DNA of 64,000 bases, taken from assembly GCA_976551045.1 (NCBI GenBank), contig CDPCPM010000048.1, positions 2,914,001 to 2,978,000 of the forward strand, read 5' to 3'. Each line of letters begins with the position of its first letter. The first letter of the stretch is position 1. This document shows, one piece after another, positions 24,701-38,200 of the stretch. This DNA is from Glaucostegus cemiculus (lineage: Eukaryota). The position numbers were made by a program, and so were the translations under genes. The notes under the pieces were generated by a model. That model had not been told where the DNA came from. It ran no database searches and was given only the letters and a program-made list of their open reading frames with translations.

Positions 24701-27007
24701 ACCAAGGCAAATCATGAATTTTTAACACTTTTGCAAGGATCAAAAAGAGCTCACTTTCCTACATGAATGCTTTATTCATAATTCAAATGCCTTTCACTTT
24801 ATATTATCATTTGAAAGCTGTATGTCAGAGGATACACTGGTAATCAAGCTATTTTAGTATTCTGGACCTTGATTCATTTGACATGACCTTCAACTCGATG
24901 CCAAACCTCAATCTAACCTGAAACTTCAAAATAAATTAAATATGCTCAGTCCAAAAGAATCATTTTTTGGGGCATTTATGTTAGCAAGAATTTTTCATTA
25001 AAAGATGATCCAATGAGGTATATTGATTTTGAGATCATTTCCTTATTGACCAGCTTCTCTTTTAACATGCATATCATTGTAATACTTGAGACCTCAGACA
25101 GAGAGCCAATGCTAGCACATTATGTCTATCAAATTTTACAACAGAAAAATGTAAGGCATCTCAATATTGGGGGTCAAGGTCAGGTTCTGGGTTAACAGAT
25201 GAAGGAGTAAGGGTAGTTGCTTCAAGAAATTTCCAAAATATTTTTGTCACTCCATATTTTACCTTTTGGATCAAAATGCACTTTTAGTTATACAAGACTT
25301 AGCAAAGATGCAAAACAACACTATAAATATCAAAATAGCTCACTAAAGGTGACCCTGACTTTTCCATTAACTCTGCAACTTTAAGACTTAAATAATATCC
25401 AGTGTTGTCAATTCTGGATTAGGAAGACATGGATTATACTTTTAACCCCTGCAGAACAATGATGTCTTAAATTGAAAATGCAAATATGAAGAAAATGCCA
25501 CAAAGCACATTTTAATACAGGAAACTTTCTAGCCTTCACTTGAGTAGAATTCGAATAAAAACAACACCAGCATTATTCAATAGTCCTAGTTTACAGACCA
25601 ATGAAAAGTTCACACACGCAACACGTCATCTAGTCACCAGTTTCTGTTCAGAATAGTAAATAGTCAATCAAAATACTTGAGTGCACGTCTGTCTTGAAGA
25701 TAATTTCTTATGCTGTGTTTAGAATATTTCCAACTATTCTATTGAATTTCATTGCTAAGCTAGTTTTTGATGAAGGGCACACAGGGTTTACCTTAACAAA
25801 CAGGATCACTGTTCTCTAGTGGTTAAAAATTCCCATCTAAGGAGATTTTATGGAAATAGAAATTAAAGGATGGTAATTGCTTGAAATTGGTATGAACTTG
25901 ACCCTCATAAGCGCAAGAAGTGAGTTTAGTTGAGAAGCAGAGTATTCTGAAGTCTTGTAAAGCATTTAACAGCAAGTTACAAGTCCTGTTGCTCTGCCCC
26001 ACGTAGACCTCCTCAATGCATCATGGGATATTTTGTCCAATCTTCACACTGTCCCTTTAAACTGTAAATTTTGTGCTGTTAATCTAAACTTGTATCAAGG
26101 CTTCCCACCATTTTTATAATAAACCAGTCAAGGATTCTCATCTCACCAATTTGGACTGAAATCCAATCTTCTGTCATTCCAAAGTATACATTATGTAATG
26201 ATTTGAAGATGTAACATCCATGCGAATGTGAAGCAATATACTGGCATTCTACCTACATAAGTGAGTAGAAGAGTAACAGTACATACATTGAACTCAAGGC
26301 CACCACAAACATCCAATGCAAATTATAACCTGCCATTGTTCTCCAAGATTAAAATTAATATTGGACAGACATTCCATCAAAGCAAGAATGAAGGCATGGT
26401 GAAATCAGTAACTGTGAATGAGTTTCCTTCAACTCTTATCAGTAAATTCAAAAAAAGTCAAAACAGGATGTCAAACGATGTGATTAATCTTTCTAAATTA
26501 GCTTTAGTCACACTGTTAAACAGTAAAGGTATCCAACATCCTGAAATGCTTCCCTAGATTTTCACTATAAATTTCAATTCCAGCACAATGCAAAGTTGTT
26601 AATATCACTCCATTATGAATATGTAACCTTTTTCCCCAGCAGTGTCCACCAACACATTAAAGTGTTATGCTCTTTCAAAAAGGTTAATTGCAGGTCAAAG
26701 CTTTCAATAAAGTGAACTCAGTAACTCAAAAAGAAACATTACTTCATCCAAGGGCCAATACTGAGGGCCATATCTGGCCATTGTTCAGCCTCCAACCCTG
26801 CTTCTGCCATGGTGGTGGTCGTGAGATCATGGGTTGGAGCAAAGTCAATGGGTCATGATCCTGATGCACAAGCAATTTTTCAAAGCTCCAGGTTTGTGGC
26901 AACAAAGTACATAGATTAAGTTGGCACAGGATGTCGGGAGCACACAACGGTGGAAGAAGTGGGGCAATTAGCATCTGTGAGGCCAGGAAAAAATGGCTTG
27001 ATGGAAA

Positions 27008-27270
27008 TAAGAATTGGAATTGGTTTATTGTTGTCACAGGTACCGAGATACAATGAAAAACTTAGTTTTGCAAGCTATTCATGTGAATTACATCAAAACA
27101 TGAAGTACATCAAGGTAGTACAAGGGAAAAGCAATAACAGAATGCAGAATAAAGGGTTACAGTTATAGAGAGTGCAGTGCAGGTAGACAATAAAATGCAA
27201 GGGCCATGATGAGGCAGATTGAGGTCATGAGTTCATCTTTAATGTACATGAAGAGGGCCATTCAAGAGTC
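27008..27270 (-). mobile_element. LINE 3'-end repeat (Rex/L2-like, CCAATW tail)
   Basis: aattggaattggtttattgttgtcacaggtaccgagatacaatgaaaaac. Same family at 43568-43835 (-) and 51980-52220 (+). Confidence 0.75.
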
Positions 27271-27714
27271 ACATTATTATTGAACAATGCTCAGGGCCTT
27301 AAATTCTCACAACTCTACACGGTTCTTATCCTGGAAAGGCCACCTGGTCACAGCAATTGTGTATGATTATCATGCATTAAAAAATTAATGTGCTAAGCAG
27401 GCTGTGTTAATTGCATACATTAACTGCGATTAACTGACAGCCCTAATAAATATTTACACAGCTCCCTTAACATGGCAAAATATTCCACACTGCACCACTG
27501 GAGTATTATTAAACAAAATTTCACCCAATCACACATGGTTGAAAGGACCAGTTTTCAGGATGTCTTAAATGGGGTAAAGAGACAGGAAGCTAAAGGTGAA
27601 TGGGAACCCATGAAGTCAGAATTCTCTGGTTTTAGGTATTCAGCACAGGGTCACTCATCCCCTGAAACCATAAGCTTTTCCAATATCTACAGAACAAGTC
27701 AGGAGGGTGTTGGA

Positions 27715-28060
27715 ATACTTGAACATTCATTCCGCCACCATACACTATGGTTACAGTGTACACCATCTACAAAATGCACTGCAGTTACTTTCCTGAGCTA
27801 CTCAGACTGCAGTTACCAATCTGCAACAGGCTTATGGGAACACCAGTTGGCTTGAAGTGAGTCACACACCATTCTAACATGGAAATGTACTAACGTCCCT
27901 TCAACATCACTGGGTATGAATACTGATGGAACTCCCAACCCAATAATCCCCCAGAACTTTACCAGAACAGCAACAGTTCAAGGTGGCTCACTACCATTTT
28001 CTCAATGCTGACTAGGGATAGGTAATAAATGCTGGCCTTCCCAGCGAAACCCAATCCTAG
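27715..28060 (+). mobile_element. Ancient LINE 3' end
   Basis: tgtacaccatctacaaaatgcactgcag ... gggataggtaataaatgctggcctt. Confidence 0.65.
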
Positions 28061-29789
28061 AAAATTAACAAGTAGCCTTGCGGGTAGTTTTAGGGTTAAG
28101 AAGTGTGGGGCCTCGGAACACTGTTAAAACAGGAACATTTAAAAAGCGAGGTCCCTTGTGGAAGTCAGCAAGGACCACTGGATAACCAGGAGGATGCAAG
28201 TAAGGTTATGAACAATTATTTTCTTTAGATACTGTTGTCATGCTATTTCCAACAGTCACCTTTACTCTTTGCCTCCATTTATACTCAGTTCTCTTACAAT
28301 TACTAAAAATGACACAATAGCACTACTTTCCCCACTCTCCAGCCCCATCTTCCCAATCCGAAGACATTACCTTTTCTCAACACCCCCTCTGGAATAGCTA
28401 AACTGAAATTAAAGCACAAAGCATTAAGCAAAGAGGCAGGAAAGAGAAACCTAAGTTTAATATGGAATAAACTACAAGAATACTAAAACCAATGCTCACC
28501 AATTCTTAAAAAAATGAAGGTCAAGTTAGCTTTTTAAAAAAGACTTCACGAATGGTTCAGTTTTCAACATTTTTTATACAAGTCATTTTATCTTTTCCTC
28601 CTCCACACTGAATAATGCACAAGCAAACTTCAGTGGATTTGAACAGCACATTGCAAATCCAGACGACAGCAACGAATCCTGTAGAACCTAGAAAATCAGA
28701 AGCCACTTGGCCATTCTGCCCTTGAAGCATAATACACCATTCAATACAATTGTGGCTGATCCTCCATTTCAATACCACCTTCTCACTGTTTCCTTAAACA
28801 CTTGATGCCATTGTATCTAAAAAATTATCTACTGCTTAAATATATTGAATGGCTCGGTCTAAACACTGAATTTTGGAGACAAGAGAATGCAAATCCTTGA
28901 ATTTTGCAGTTGTTCAAATTTCAGATGCTTCAATGGGATCTGCTCTCAATCTTCTAAACTATTGCAAATACTGACCTACTTGACTCATCCCAGGAACCAG
29001 TCTAGTCAATTTTATTTTCATCTGCATGGAAAGTGGAATACTGCTAAGTCACTTTGGAAATTAACTTTGGGCACTTGTTGATTCAGCCAGTGGCTGCAAT
29101 ATCAGACAAACAGGAAAACTAACCTTTCATGCCAAGAATATAGTTCAATGCTGATAATTTAATTGCTGGGGCATGTAGAAATGTCCACTAATTTGAAATT
29201 AGCAACACAAACAGCAAAATCAAATTCAAAGTGAACTTTTGAGTTATCCAAGGTTGAATTGTGAGTGAATTACAGAATGAAATAGCACAGGAGGACACCC
29301 AGCTGATCATGCCAGCTCAGTGATCCATTTTGCAGCAAATATTTGCTTTTCAAGTATTTCTATACATTACTTTTGCTTCTATCACCTGTTCAGGCAATGC
29401 ATTCCACATTACAACAATTTATTTTGCATAAGAATGTTTTCCTCATATTGGACTTGGTACTTTTCCCTATCAACAATTTCTGAAGGGTTGCCATCCCTTT
29501 TCACTGTAAAAAGGATTGCTTTGTTATTCCTGAAACCCTTTCATTTTTCTTTGAAAATTATTAACACCCATTTAACCTTTTCTGAAGGCTACTATCCTTA
29601 CCTTTCCGCATTACCAAGCTTCTTTGTCCCTAACACTTGTGTACTTCTACAACCTCTCAGGCCTTAACACCGCTCTAAATATGAGGATGCCCAGAATCAA
29701 ACATGACAGCTAAACGTTTCATAATGGTTTGGCAAAACTTTGATGCTTTAAACACACCATGTCTCCTTTAATAAAGTTGAAAGTTGCAT

Positions 29790-30560
29790 ATGATGCAGCC
29801 TCCTCTATATCAGCGAGACCAATTACAGATTGGATGACCACTTTGCTAAGCACCTGTGCTCCGTCTGCCACGGCTTTCTTGAACTCCCAGTTGCCAGCCA
29901 TTTTAATTCCCTGTCCATTCCCACACTGACATATCTGTCTCTGGCCCCCTCCACTGTCAAGGTGAGGCCAAATACAAACTAGAACAGCAACTTGTGTTCC
30001 GCCTGTGTAGTCTACAACCCATTGGCACGAACAGTGGATTATCCAATTTCACGTAACCTGCTCCCCATTTCATTCTCATTCTGATTTACCCAGTTCCTCC
30101 TCCACACACCCAACCCCCTTCCTCAGCTCCCTATCACCTAGTTTCTTGTCCCTACCCCATCTGCCCATCACCCCCACACTCCTCCCACTGGGTCCCCCGT
30201 CCCCACTGTTCCTATCTGCCCACTCCACCGCCCCCCTTATTTGGTTGCATCCCCATCTTCCTTTCCTATCAGAATCCAAGATCTGCAGCCTTTTGTTGCC
30301 TTCACCCATCACCTCACAACTTTTGTTGCAATTTCCACTCTTCCCTCCCACGTCTGACTCCATCTAACAATTTTCTTCACCCGAATCCACCATCCCTTGC
30401 CAGTTCTTGCTCCACTCCTTTCCCTCACCTCTTTGTACAGGCTATCTGCCCTCTACTCTCAGTCCAGGTGAAGGCTCGACCCAAAATGTGTACTATCCAT
30501 TTCTCTCCATAGATGCTGCCCAACCCCCTGAATTCCTCCAGCAGTTTGTTTTTTTGCCAA
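29790..30560 (+). mobile_element. Penelope-like element 3' end (GIY-YIG endonuclease remnant, 3' region and terminal repeat)
   Basis: CSLLYISETNYRLDDHFAKHLCSV...PVASHFNS...LHCQGEAKYKLEQQLVFRLCSLQPIGTN...SNFT* with one frameshift and stop at 30054-30056. A C-rich tract and the terminal-repeat arm follow. Confidence 0.9.
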
Positions 30561-33039
30561 AAATTGAACATGTTTGTTTGAAAAAGCTTGTTCAACTTGT
30601 TCTACTACTTTCAAAGATTTGGATACATCCTCGTCTCTCTCTTCCTCAAAGCCCTTAAAAATTGAACCATTTAGTTTGCATTGCCTCTCCTCACTTGTGC
30701 TACTGATATGAATCAAGGTGCACGTCATTCATACTAAATTCTCAATCTGGCACGTCTGCTTACTTCCCCTAGATCATCGCCAAAATACCCAATTCTCATT
30801 GTTTCCCACTTTAGTTTTTATGTCATCTACAATCTTTAAAATCATGCATTAAAAACTAATGACCTAGACTTGGACATTGAAAGAGCAGGGATTTTAATAC
30901 CAGATTCTCGGGAACACCACTCTACAATTCCCTCCTATATGAAAACTATTCACTGCTCCTTTCTGCTTTTTAGCCAATTTTATATCCACACTGCCACAAT
31001 CCCACAGGTTTTAATTTTACATATAAGCCTAAAAGAATCCAATATTATATATCCCTACTCCAAATTGCTTCCCCGTAGACTTTAAAATTAGTCAACTTTC
31101 AGCAAACAAGGGGACAATTAATGCAAAATAGACAATATAAAGAGGCATCTGATACGCCATTCCATTACCTTATCAGAGGAAATTTTGGAGCAAACCTCTT
31201 GCCCCAAGACTAGTACCTATTCAGGAACACCAAAGGGAGCATGTTGCACCAATGGACAATTCATAGAGTTTAAGGGGACAGCATGATTCTCTTGAAGTTT
31301 CCTAGTTCCCAGGGTAGGAAGTCTTTCCACTGACCCTGCGCCAATATAAACTTGGTTTCCGCACAGCTGTCCACATTGAAAAGGGGAGAAATTGGCTACT
31401 TTGGAAAAAAAACTTGTCTTTCCCTATGTCCATAGCAATAATAACAAGGACATTGAAACACCATTAACATAGGAAGCAAAGTCCAGTGATATTATCTCCA
31501 ATAGCTCACAGTCTCACTGTCTTCACTCCTACTGGGTCTGGGCCCAATGCAGCAGAGAAAAAAAGAAAACATGACACAGGGGAAAGAGAAAAATACAAAT
31601 TGTGCTTATATAGCCAGTGGAACATTAATGAAAAGGGAACCAGAATGAGATATAGGTGGATTGGGCAAGAGAGAGGAGGAGTGTGCCAAAGTGCCAATCT
31701 GGAAAGGTCTACAATACAATGTCATTGTGAATCCACATCTTTTGGCCTCTAGCATCATTCAATTCTCCCATTATTAACACATACACACAGCACTGTTCTG
31801 CATTTATTTTTCATTATCTTGAAGCTCTTTTGCAAATTCCAAGTCAACCAAATTTCCAAAACAATAAACTGTTGACCTTGAATGAAGCTAATGTACAATT
31901 TCAGTTTTTTGTATAAATATTTCTCTCAAAGGCTTCATAGTATTTTTCTATGTACATAATTGTCAGCAGCAATTCAAAGCCTACTGCTTTTTAGTAATCT
32001 GCCCATTGATTTAACAATATTTAAATGCAAGAACTTAGCATTTCACATGCCAACAATACTGCATAGACAAATAAACAATTAAAGTTTGTATTCCGTTTGC
32101 TATTTCAAGTACCTGCAGCATAAATAGATTTTCTACCCATTCGTAAATAATGAGTAGAATATTTGGCCACCCATTTATTTTTCTTTAAAAAGGAAGCAAA
32201 ATGGTGGACGCTGCCAAAGTAAATCAGAAAACTTTCCCATCTCATCACGTGATATCAGCAGAATATAGCAGTAGCTCCTCAGCTCCAATAATGGAAGTTT
32301 AAAAACTGAGTTTTCTATCTCTTCAAAATAGAGAAACTATGAACTTCTTCAATAATTCATAAGTACACAATTATTATACATCAATAGCCTTGGACAATTC
32401 AGTGATTCTATGATATAATTCATAAGTGCTAAATCCACCACCTACCAAATGAATGCGAGTCGAGCTTCACTGGAATCACAGAATTCAGATCAGCTGGCAA
32501 ACAAAAATAACTGGAAAACTTATAGGTTTCCAGACAGTGACAATATCAAACCAAATTTTCAAGATATGGGGAAATTCGACATCTTGTATGAGTACATCTT
32601 ATAGTTAGCTGTAACCCACTAACCCAATTATTTGCTCTTGTTATCATTTAAAATAAAACATTGGAAGGGGACTTTGCAGAAGGAAAAATGGATGCCATCA
32701 ATCGACAAGTTGAGGAATCTGGACCAAAAGTACAATTAACTATGAGACTTTTTGAAAGAAAGATCAATCACAAAAGCCTTTGATGAACCCTGTGGTGTGA
32801 GTTAAGACAAAACTTCTACTATTGCTTTGGGCACTGCAAGTGCAAAGGTGACCTGATTCAGAGAAGAAGCATGCTGTCAAGTACAATGCATCCAAACAAG
32901 TTTATCTTACTGTTTCATCTGACACATCAACATCTCAAACCACGTTGAATCCTATGTATACTAGCAGTTACAACAAATATCAATGAGATAATAATCAATT
33001 AAGTCTTTTTTTTTCTTTACTTAAAAGCAGTAGTTAATT

Positions 33040-33740
33040 TCTGGCAAAGCCAGTATTTACTCCTGATCCACAATCACCCTTGAGAAGGTGACAAGCTACC
33101 TTGAACTGCTGCAGTCCTGCTGTTGTAGGTTTTGAAGGCACTGTAGCCTTGGGAGAGTAACTGCACCGCAACTGGTGAATGAAACATAATGCAGTCATAT
33201 GCACTGGTGAAGATCGCAACCTATTTAAGGAGATGGACGAAAACCAATCAAACAGGGTGGTATCAAGGTTGAATTTTGTTGGAGTTGCACTCAAACAAGT
33301 AAACAAAGGATCTTCCATCACATTCCCAATTTGTGCCTTATAGAAAGGCTCTGTGAATTAGGGGTGTCAAGTACCATAGCCTTACTAGCACCAGACCCAG
33401 AGTTGTTGCCATAATGTTTTTGTGGCTAATCTGGTTAAATTTCTGATTGGTGTGGATTCTGAGGAAGTTGATGTTGTGATACTAGTTTACACAATCTCAA
33501 AAGTTACATTCTTATTGGAGGTGGTCATTACCTGGGATTTACGAACCACACATTACTTCCCACTTATCAGCCTATGTCAGAATGTCATCTAAAATCTTGC
33601 TACTTGAAGACATGGGCTGTCTCATTGAAGAGTTATGAACATTTGTGCATTCATCAGTGAACTTACCCACTATTGACGTTATGATGCCAAGAATGCCACT
33701 GACGAAGTAGGTAGTTGGACCCAAGCCACTTCCCTGATGA
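33040..33740 (-). mobile_element. Ancient LINE fragment
   Basis: ggcaaagccagtatttac...ccttgaactgctgcagtcc; HQGSGLGPT motif in ORF 33572..33790. Confidence 0.6.
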
Positions 33741-33742
33741 AC

Positions 33743-34090
33743 TTCAGAATCAGTTTTATTGTCACAACCATATACATACATAGTATGCATAGGAGCGAGA
33801 TACCATCCTTCTCAGGTGCTCATCCCATTAAATAACAACCAACAGAGACACACAGACACACTTAACAAAATAAACATTAAAAAACATTAAACATTAAAAA
33901 CTACAGAAGTTAAAACTAAATTAAAAATGGCTGGTAAATAAATAAAGTTAAAGTGAACGGGCTGATGGCAGGCATTTAAAGTGCTGGTGCATTTCTGTGC
34001 ACCTAGCATCCCTTAGTGTTAACAAGGAAGATGGAGGGATGGGAGAGTTCGCAGTTCTGATGGCTTGCTGAAAGAAGCTATTGTTCAACT
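33743..34090 (-). mobile_element. Rex/L2-like LINE 3' end
   Basis: tcagaatcagttttattgtcac tail; gttctgatggcttgctgaaagaagctattgttcaac. Confidence 0.55.
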
Positions 34091-34099
34091 TGTGCAATA

Positions 34100-34360
34100 A
34101 TGCCCTGTTTTTACTAATATTGGTTGAGGAATAAAAGCTGTCTGAGAAATTGGGGAAAACCTGTCCTCCTCCTCTTCAAATAGTGCCATGGCTCTTGTAC
34201 ATTTGCTTGTGGAGGCAACAGAACCTCAATTCAATGTTTCAACATTGTTTCTGACAGTACAGCTCCCCTTTAGTACTGCACTTGGGTATCAGTTTAGTTT
34301 ATACACTGAAGTGGGACTTGAATCCTCAACTATCTCACTCAGAAGTGATAGCATTGCCTT
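34100..34360 (-). mobile_element. Deu-core SINE fragment
   Basis: cttcaaatagtgccatgg ... ctgacagtacagctcccctttagtactgcac ... gtgggacttgaatcc. Confidence 0.6.
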
Positions 34361-35869
34361 GAATCAGTGCTTTTTGAAAAAAAATTCTTTTGAAATCCAG
34401 CCAATGAATAACACAGAAATTGAAAGATTCAGAAAGAATTCAAAACCACCAATTACTGGAGACCCAACTTTTGTTTGGATAATTCGTTATTTGATTCTTT
34501 CAACCCAACTTAAGCAAACAGGATCATAACACTATAAAATGAGAGCTCTAAATTAACTACTGAAATTGAAAACAAGAGAACTGTGAACTCACAAATCAAG
34601 TCACATGAAAGCTATAAATTTATAACAAATGCAAAGTGCATCAAATTTAATCTACACTGAAAAACATTTATTTTACTTTCAATACTATAAAAGTATTAAA
34701 CATGATGAGTGAAATTAAAGGAAACCAGCAACGATCAAAGAAAATGCATGTTTGCAGCATCTAAAACAAGGAACCAAGAACATTGAGCCAACAGGTCCAG
34801 TTTTTCTACCACATACCTGCTGCCTACATACCGCACTCACACCCCATCCCAAAAAACCCACGATTCAATTTCTGTTATCAAGTGCAACTTCCCTACCTTC
34901 ACACATCTCAATACTATTTGCTCCAAGCACTGCACTATTGGCAAGCTCCACATTCCCAAATTCCTCCTAGTTTTATTTTGTGTCCCCTTAATTCTGAACT
35001 CACAAATGGGAAGTCTATCCCTATCCACCCTACTGAAGGTTTACAAAAATGTTTTTTATTTATAGACAGCATTCTTGAAATGATGAATGTTATCAATCTC
35101 ATTGTGGTGGGATCGCTGATAGAGTACATAATTTTATTGGCATGGATATTGCGGGGAAATGTTCTGAGGTCAGGATTAGCTGGAGGGAAGCAGCAGTCTT
35201 TTGACAATTGAAACTAAACCAGGGTGTGGCTTAGACCGATGTCAAGATTTTTAATTGTTCATTTTGTGGTTGGGGCTTGCTCTGCTCCACCTGTCACCTC
35301 ATGAAATCCCATTTTCATACTGAAGGCCCCTCCATCGCCCAGGACTTTGACACAAGGAAGCAGCTGACTACTACCAACAACTGTGTGGATCCAACAAGTT
35401 TTATCTTTATTCTGAAGTTAGTGATAAGGGTGGCTAGCCTCAGACCGCAAATTCTGGCCCACAATTTTATTTGATCTACAATGCTAGATGGCAATTTAAT
35501 GTTTATTCTAGGGTTCCACATAAAGAGAAGTGCTCTGCTTTTATCAGCACCTACTTTCACTTTCTTGACAAAGCTTTTCTTTTTAAATTGTGTCCTAAAA
35601 ATACAGATGAAAAGAATAATTTTTTGGAAGTAACCACCACACAAATGTAACATTAATATATGCAAATATAGCTCTAGCTCTTCAATACCCACTCAAATTC
35701 AACATCACTGAGCCCAGTTATATTTACATAACTGCAATCTTATTCGAAGCGTATGTGTATTGCTGAAGGTATGCTTTAGAAACAGTTAAGTAGGTTTTGC
35801 TCACAAGAATAAATGCACTCTGGCTGTCTGCCACTCCCATTTACTCACAATCAGCAGTTAATGGAAGTG

Positions 35870-36330
35870 GACATGAGACTGCAGATACCGGAATCTGGAG
35901 CAACAAAATCTGCCGGAGGACTCAGCGGGTCGAGCAACATCAGTGGGAGGAAAGGAATTGGCAACGTCTTGGGTCGAAACCCTGCAGTGACACTTTGATG
36001 AGGTGGTGGGGGCCGGGGAATCAGAAGTTGCCCAAATGGTGGAGAACATATGAGGTGTCCCGGTTGTAGGTGGGAAGGGACTAGACAATGTAGACTCAAG
36101 GTGTGAGGAGATAATTTTGGTGGAGCAAGAGCAGGCAAAAACAATAGGCCTAGCAGGATCTTAGGTAAGAGATAGAAGTGGTGCAGGGTTGAGGCACTCG
36201 CAGATCAGAGGCTGTTGGGGGCAAGATCCCCCGATGTAATGAGATCTGTGACAGTGTGGAGATGACGGCCTGGTGTTTGTTAGTGGGGTTGTGGTCAAGG
36301 GGCTGTTAAGAGGAGGTATTCAAAAGCTGT
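35870..36330 (-). mobile_element. Penelope-like element: terminal repeat joined to an RT fragment
   Basis: Terminal arm at 35870-35990. The minus strand of 36060-36330 gives FYLLPKI, RPIVFACSCSTKIISSHLESTLS, typical of PLE RT. Confidence 0.8.
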
Positions 36331-36539
36331 TTGATGTTAATGCAAGGTGTTGCCAACAAAATCATTAAAGCAGCATTAAGAACCTCCTCATGATCACTTC
36401 ACTCCTGCCTGGACCATTCAGCCTCAAAACATATTACAACCTTATTCCAAAAGTATGCCAAAGCACTAAATTGCAACAATAAGATGAGAGTAATGACCAC
36501 TGACAGTGTGACATAAAGGAACTCCAGTAAAACTGAAAT

Positions 36540-37470
36540 CAGACAATTAAGAAAATTCTCTGCTGGCTTGTGTTATGAAGATGGCAGTGATCTGAGGTCA
36601 ATTACCCAACCTCCCACCACACTACACTGTTTCGTGAGTTCCAAGGCAGTGACCTAATCCCAAGTGTATTCAACTACTTCAATGACCTTCACTGCATCAG
36701 AGAAGGCCAGGAGTAAATATGCTGATCAATGATTGTAGACTAATCTGTGGTTCAGTTTGCAAATATTCAGATAAGAAACCCACAGCATCTATGCTCAGAA
36801 TGATTGATAGCAAGTAATATTCACAAAACAGAAGTACCCAGGAATAATCAACACCCTCAATATTCAATGGCATGGTCATTAAATCCCCCATCTTCAACTT
36901 TGACCAGAACATAATACTGAAGTAATTGTGGCTGATGTAATTATCAGGATGGAGGCTTGTGCATTTTGCAGCAATTGACCTCGTTCCTTTCTCCCCAGAA
37001 ACTTTCTGCTGCTGACAAAGCACAAATCAATAGTGCGATAGAATACTCGCCACCTGCCTGCATGAATGCAGCTTGAAAAACACGCTCAATACCATCAAGT
37101 AGTGTACTTTAGATCGGCACCCCATTCAGCACCTTATTCACGCACTCCATTCAAATTGGCACAACATAACTAGTGTGCACCACTTACAAGGTGCAGTACA
37201 GTTAATTACTCTGGCTGCTTTGACAGCACCTGTGATATCAATGACTGGTAATACTTGGGACAAATGCAACAGGCACGTGAAAACACCACTTCCAAGTCAC
37301 AGATCATCTTGATTTAGATGTTCCTTCATTATCACTGGGTTAAAATTCTGAAAGTTCCTACCAAAGAGCAACATTCTGCCATTGACCATTCTGCAGTGAA
37401 CATTGAAGTCAACTCATCATCAGCTTCAGAAAGGCATGCTGTCAAGTAATAAGTGTTGGCTTTGCAGTGG
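36540..37470 (+). mobile_element. Ancient LINE fragment (RT to 3' end)
   Basis: gagttccaaggcagtgacctaatcccaagtgtattcaactacttcaatgacctt ... gaatactcgccacctgcctgcatgaatgcagc. Confidence 0.6.
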
Positions 37471-37549
37471 TACCATCATGATACAACTTAATAACCAAAC
37501 ATTAAAACTGCTTACTTTCTACTGAAGAATTACAAATCACAAGTGAAAG

Positions 37550-38200
37550 ATCAGGAAACTGCTCCTCCTCCACTGTCTTGATGCATCACATGGTCTTCTC
37601 AATTCTTATTCACCATTATATCCACAGTCAAAAACATCATTGCTCAACTACCAACCATTTGCAACCCAGGTTTCATTTTTGACCCCAAAAGGCACTCACA
37701 ATAACACACCTGCTCATCCATTTCACATTTGTTACACTATCCCGATACTCACCCCTCCCTTAATTGGATTACTGATGAAATCCTCAACCATACCTCTGGC
37801 ACATAAGAACTTGATGATGCTTCTCCCATCTTCCTTCAACTTCCTCTCAAAATTCTGCTGCCCCCATACCCTAATTCACACCCAGTTTTGTTCACCCTTC
37901 ACCAGTCTTTGGAAATCTCCAATGGCTTCCCATCCAGCAACATTCTGAATTCATTTTATGGCTTCCTATTCCCCCAACCCCCACTTCTACAAGTTCCATC
38001 AACGGCTCTCCGAGAGCTTTTCATTCCTACAGTTCTGCCTCTTAAAGCAACCCAATTTTAAATAATCCTTTCACCGGCACTGTGATTTAGTTCCGGTGAC
38101 TTATATTCTGGAATGCCTTCTTCAAACCTTTTTGCCCCTATTCTCATTTAAATTGCTTAAGACCTAATGCTCCAGTTGTGCTTTTGGTCAACTATCCTAG
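37550..38200 (+). mobile_element. Old L2-type LINE fragment
   Basis: Pyrimidine-rich body and an L2-like end (ctggaatgccttcttcaaacc ... gcttttggtca). Confidence 0.45.

Noticed and set aside
27400-27445. hAT-like terminal sequence (cgattaactgacagcccta)
   Set aside because: No partner inverted terminus or target-site duplication found.
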